DNA of 27,556 nucleotides from Chlamydiae bacterium RIFCSPHIGHO2_12_FULL_49_11 (GTDB lineage Bacteria; Chlamydiota; Chlamydiia; Chlamydiales; 2-12-FULL-49-11): NCBI GenBank assembly GCA_001794905.1, contig MGLW01000033.1, positions 29,031 to 56,586 of the forward strand, read 5' to 3'. Shown piece by piece: positions 25,782 to 27,556 of this stretch (position 1 is its first letter; each line of letters starts with the position of its first letter). The notes under the pieces were generated by a model. It saw only the letters and a program-made list of their open reading frames with translations, ran no database searches and was not told where the DNA came from. The position numbers and the translations under genes were made by a program.

Positions 25782-27556
25782 AAGAGAATGTAAAAGCAAG
25801 TGGGCGTGTGGTATTTGCCCTGGGCAATCTTTTAAAGGTGGCATTCGAAGGGAGGGTCACACAAGGAGAAGTAGCCGTCGTCCGGATCAGGGGCGGCTTT
25901 TTGAAGGCCGAGGTGATCGAGGTGGAAGGATCGATCGCAAAAATCCAGGTATTTGAAGACACTTCGGGAGTACAACTCGATACGCCGGTCGAATTTAGTG
26001 ATGAGCTTCTGGAAATCGAGCTTGGTCCGGGCCTGCTCGGAGAAATTTTCGACGGCCTGCAAAATCCGCTCGAAAAAGTGGCTCTCCGCACAGGACTGTT
26101 TTTAGAGCGGGGAGTCTATATCCCGGCCCTGGACAGGGAAAAGGTGTGGCTTTTCAATCCGTCGGCAAACCCCGGCGATACCGTGCGCCGCGGGGACACG
26201 TTGGGGACTACGCGCGAATCCCATTTTGACCACCGTATCATGGTGCCGTTCAAACTGTACGGTACATACACCGTGGAATCGATCGAAAAAGCGGGTTCCT
26301 ACACGATTGACAAGACGGTTGCCATACTGAAAAACGAGGTAGGGGAACGGTTTGAAGTACAGATGCTGCAAAAGTGGCCGATCAAATTTCCGTTGATCGA
26401 AGGAAACAAAATGCGACCCGAAGAGATGATGACGACGGGAATGCGCATCATCGACACCATGATTCCGATCGCCAAAGGGGGGACCGGTTGCAATCCGGGC
26501 CCGTTCGGAGCCGGAAAAACGGTGACTCAACAGATCGTGGCCAAATACTCGAACGTCGATATCGTTGTTTTGACTGCGTGTGGAGAGCGTGCGGGTGAGG
26601 TGGTCGAGGTCCTCAAAACTTTTCCCGAGCTGCAAGACGTGTTCACAAACGAGCCGCTCATGCACCGGACTACGATCATTTGCAATACTTCGTCGATGCC
26701 TGTTGCGGCGCGAGAGTCTTCGGTATATGTCGGTATGACGATCGGGGAATACTACCGGCAAATGGGCCTCGATGTGCTCGTCCTTGCTGATTCCACTTCC
26801 CGGTGGGCGCAGGCCATGCGTGAGATGTCGGGCCGGCTCGAAGAAATTCCGGGCGAGGAAGCGTTTCCTGCTTACCTTGCATCGCGGATTGCCGCCTTTT
26901 ATGAAAGGGCGGGGCTTGTTCTACTCAGAGATGGAAAAAAAGGTTCTCTCACCGTGATCGTAGCCGTCTCTCCCTCGGGAGGAAATATCATGGGCGATCC
27001 GGTTTCGCGGGCGACAATGTCGATCGTGGGCGCTTTCATTTGCCTTTCCCGCGAATATTCCGATGCGCGCCGCTATCCGGCTATCGATCCGCTCAAATCG
27101 TGGTCCAAGTATCGGTCGATCGCAGCCCGGACTCTTTCGGAAAAAGAGAGCGACTGGGGAGAGTGGATAAAAAAAGCCGATTCCATTCTCGCCAGAGGAG
27201 AAGAGGTGGGCCGCCGGATGGAGGTGGTCGGGCAGGAGGGAACAAGCATGGACGATTATCTTACCTATCTTCTCTCAGAACTTTTTTCGTTCAGCTATTT
27301 ACAGCAAAACGGATTTGACAAGGAAGACGTGTACGCTTCCATTGACAAGCAAGTGGAGATGTTTAAGCTGATCAACACCGTGTTCGCCGTTCCGTTTCAA
27401 TTTGAAGATAAAGACAAGGCAAAAACGTTTTTTCTCGAGCTGCAGAACAAAATCAAGAATTTGAACTACGTTCCGCAGAGTTCGGAGCCTTATATGAAAA
27501 TGTATGAAGAAGTGATGCACACCATTGATCGTGCGCGTGTTGAGATAGGGGGATAA
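25778..27556 (+). CDS. atpA: V-type ATP synthase subunit A
   Basis: Walker A GPFGAGKT, CGERAGEV, NTSSMPVAARE, ADSTSRWAQA and PGEEAFPAYL motifs. RBS GGAGG precedes ATG 25778; the stop is at the window end. Confidence 0.96.
   Translation: MKENVKASGRVVFALGNLLKVAFEGRVTQGEVAVVRIRGGFLKAEVIEVEGSIAKIQVFEDTSGVQLDTPVEFSDELLEIELGPGLLGEIFDGLQNPLEKVALRTGLFLERGVYIPALDREKVWLFNPSANPGDTVRRGDTLGTTRESHFDHRIMVPFKLYGTYTVESIEKAGSYTIDKTVAILKNEVGERFEVQMLQKWPIKFPLIEGNKMRPEEMMTTGMRIIDTMIPIAKGGTGCNPGPFGAGKTVTQQIVAKYSNVDIVVLTACGERAGEVVEVLKTFPELQDVFTNEPLMHRTTIICNTSSMPVAARESSVYVGMTIGEYYRQMGLDVLVLADSTSRWAQAMREMSGRLEEIPGEEAFPAYLASRIAAFYERAGLVLLRDGKKGSLTVIVAVSPSGGNIMGDPVSRATMSIVGAFICLSREYSDARRYPAIDPLKSWSKYRSIAARTLSEKESDWGEWIKKADSILARGEEVGRRMEVVGQEGTSMDDYLTYLLSELFSFSYLQQNGFDKEDVYASIDKQVEMFKLINTVFAVPFQFEDKDKAKTFFLELQNKIKNLNYVPQSSEPYMKMYEEVMHTIDRARVEIGG

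Overview
A gene-dense chromosomal segment made mostly of housekeeping genes, very probably from an environmental member of the Chlamydiae. This assignment is inferred from chlamydia-style gene order (accA-msbA..dnaQ; pdhABC without E3; recR-bamA-skp-lpxD divergent from fabH-fabD-fabG-acpP; tal near V-type ATPase E/DUF2764/A). Several accessory elements sit in this backbone. (1) A ~570-bp inverted duplication (2699-3263 and 8565-9141) carries two ~70%-identical small genes with an Inc-like bilobed hydrophobic domain and brackets dnaQ, pdhABC and an AAA/DUF4143 ATPase. (2) A degenerate 4-copy ~46-bp repeat array overlaps the corA stop codon. (3) A bioY / stand-alone BPL_N (intact Cys-His-Glu triad) / signal-peptide HD-hydrolase cassette follows the fab operon. 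(4) An uncalled 41-aa Lys-rich ORF has a structured leader and a strong terminator. (5) There is an EF-hand-like insert in MsbA, an orphan MreD-like gene and a tandem pair of small exported membrane proteins. I saw no tRNA, rRNA, CRISPR array, transposase or integrase. All calls come from reading motifs by eye; no searches were run.
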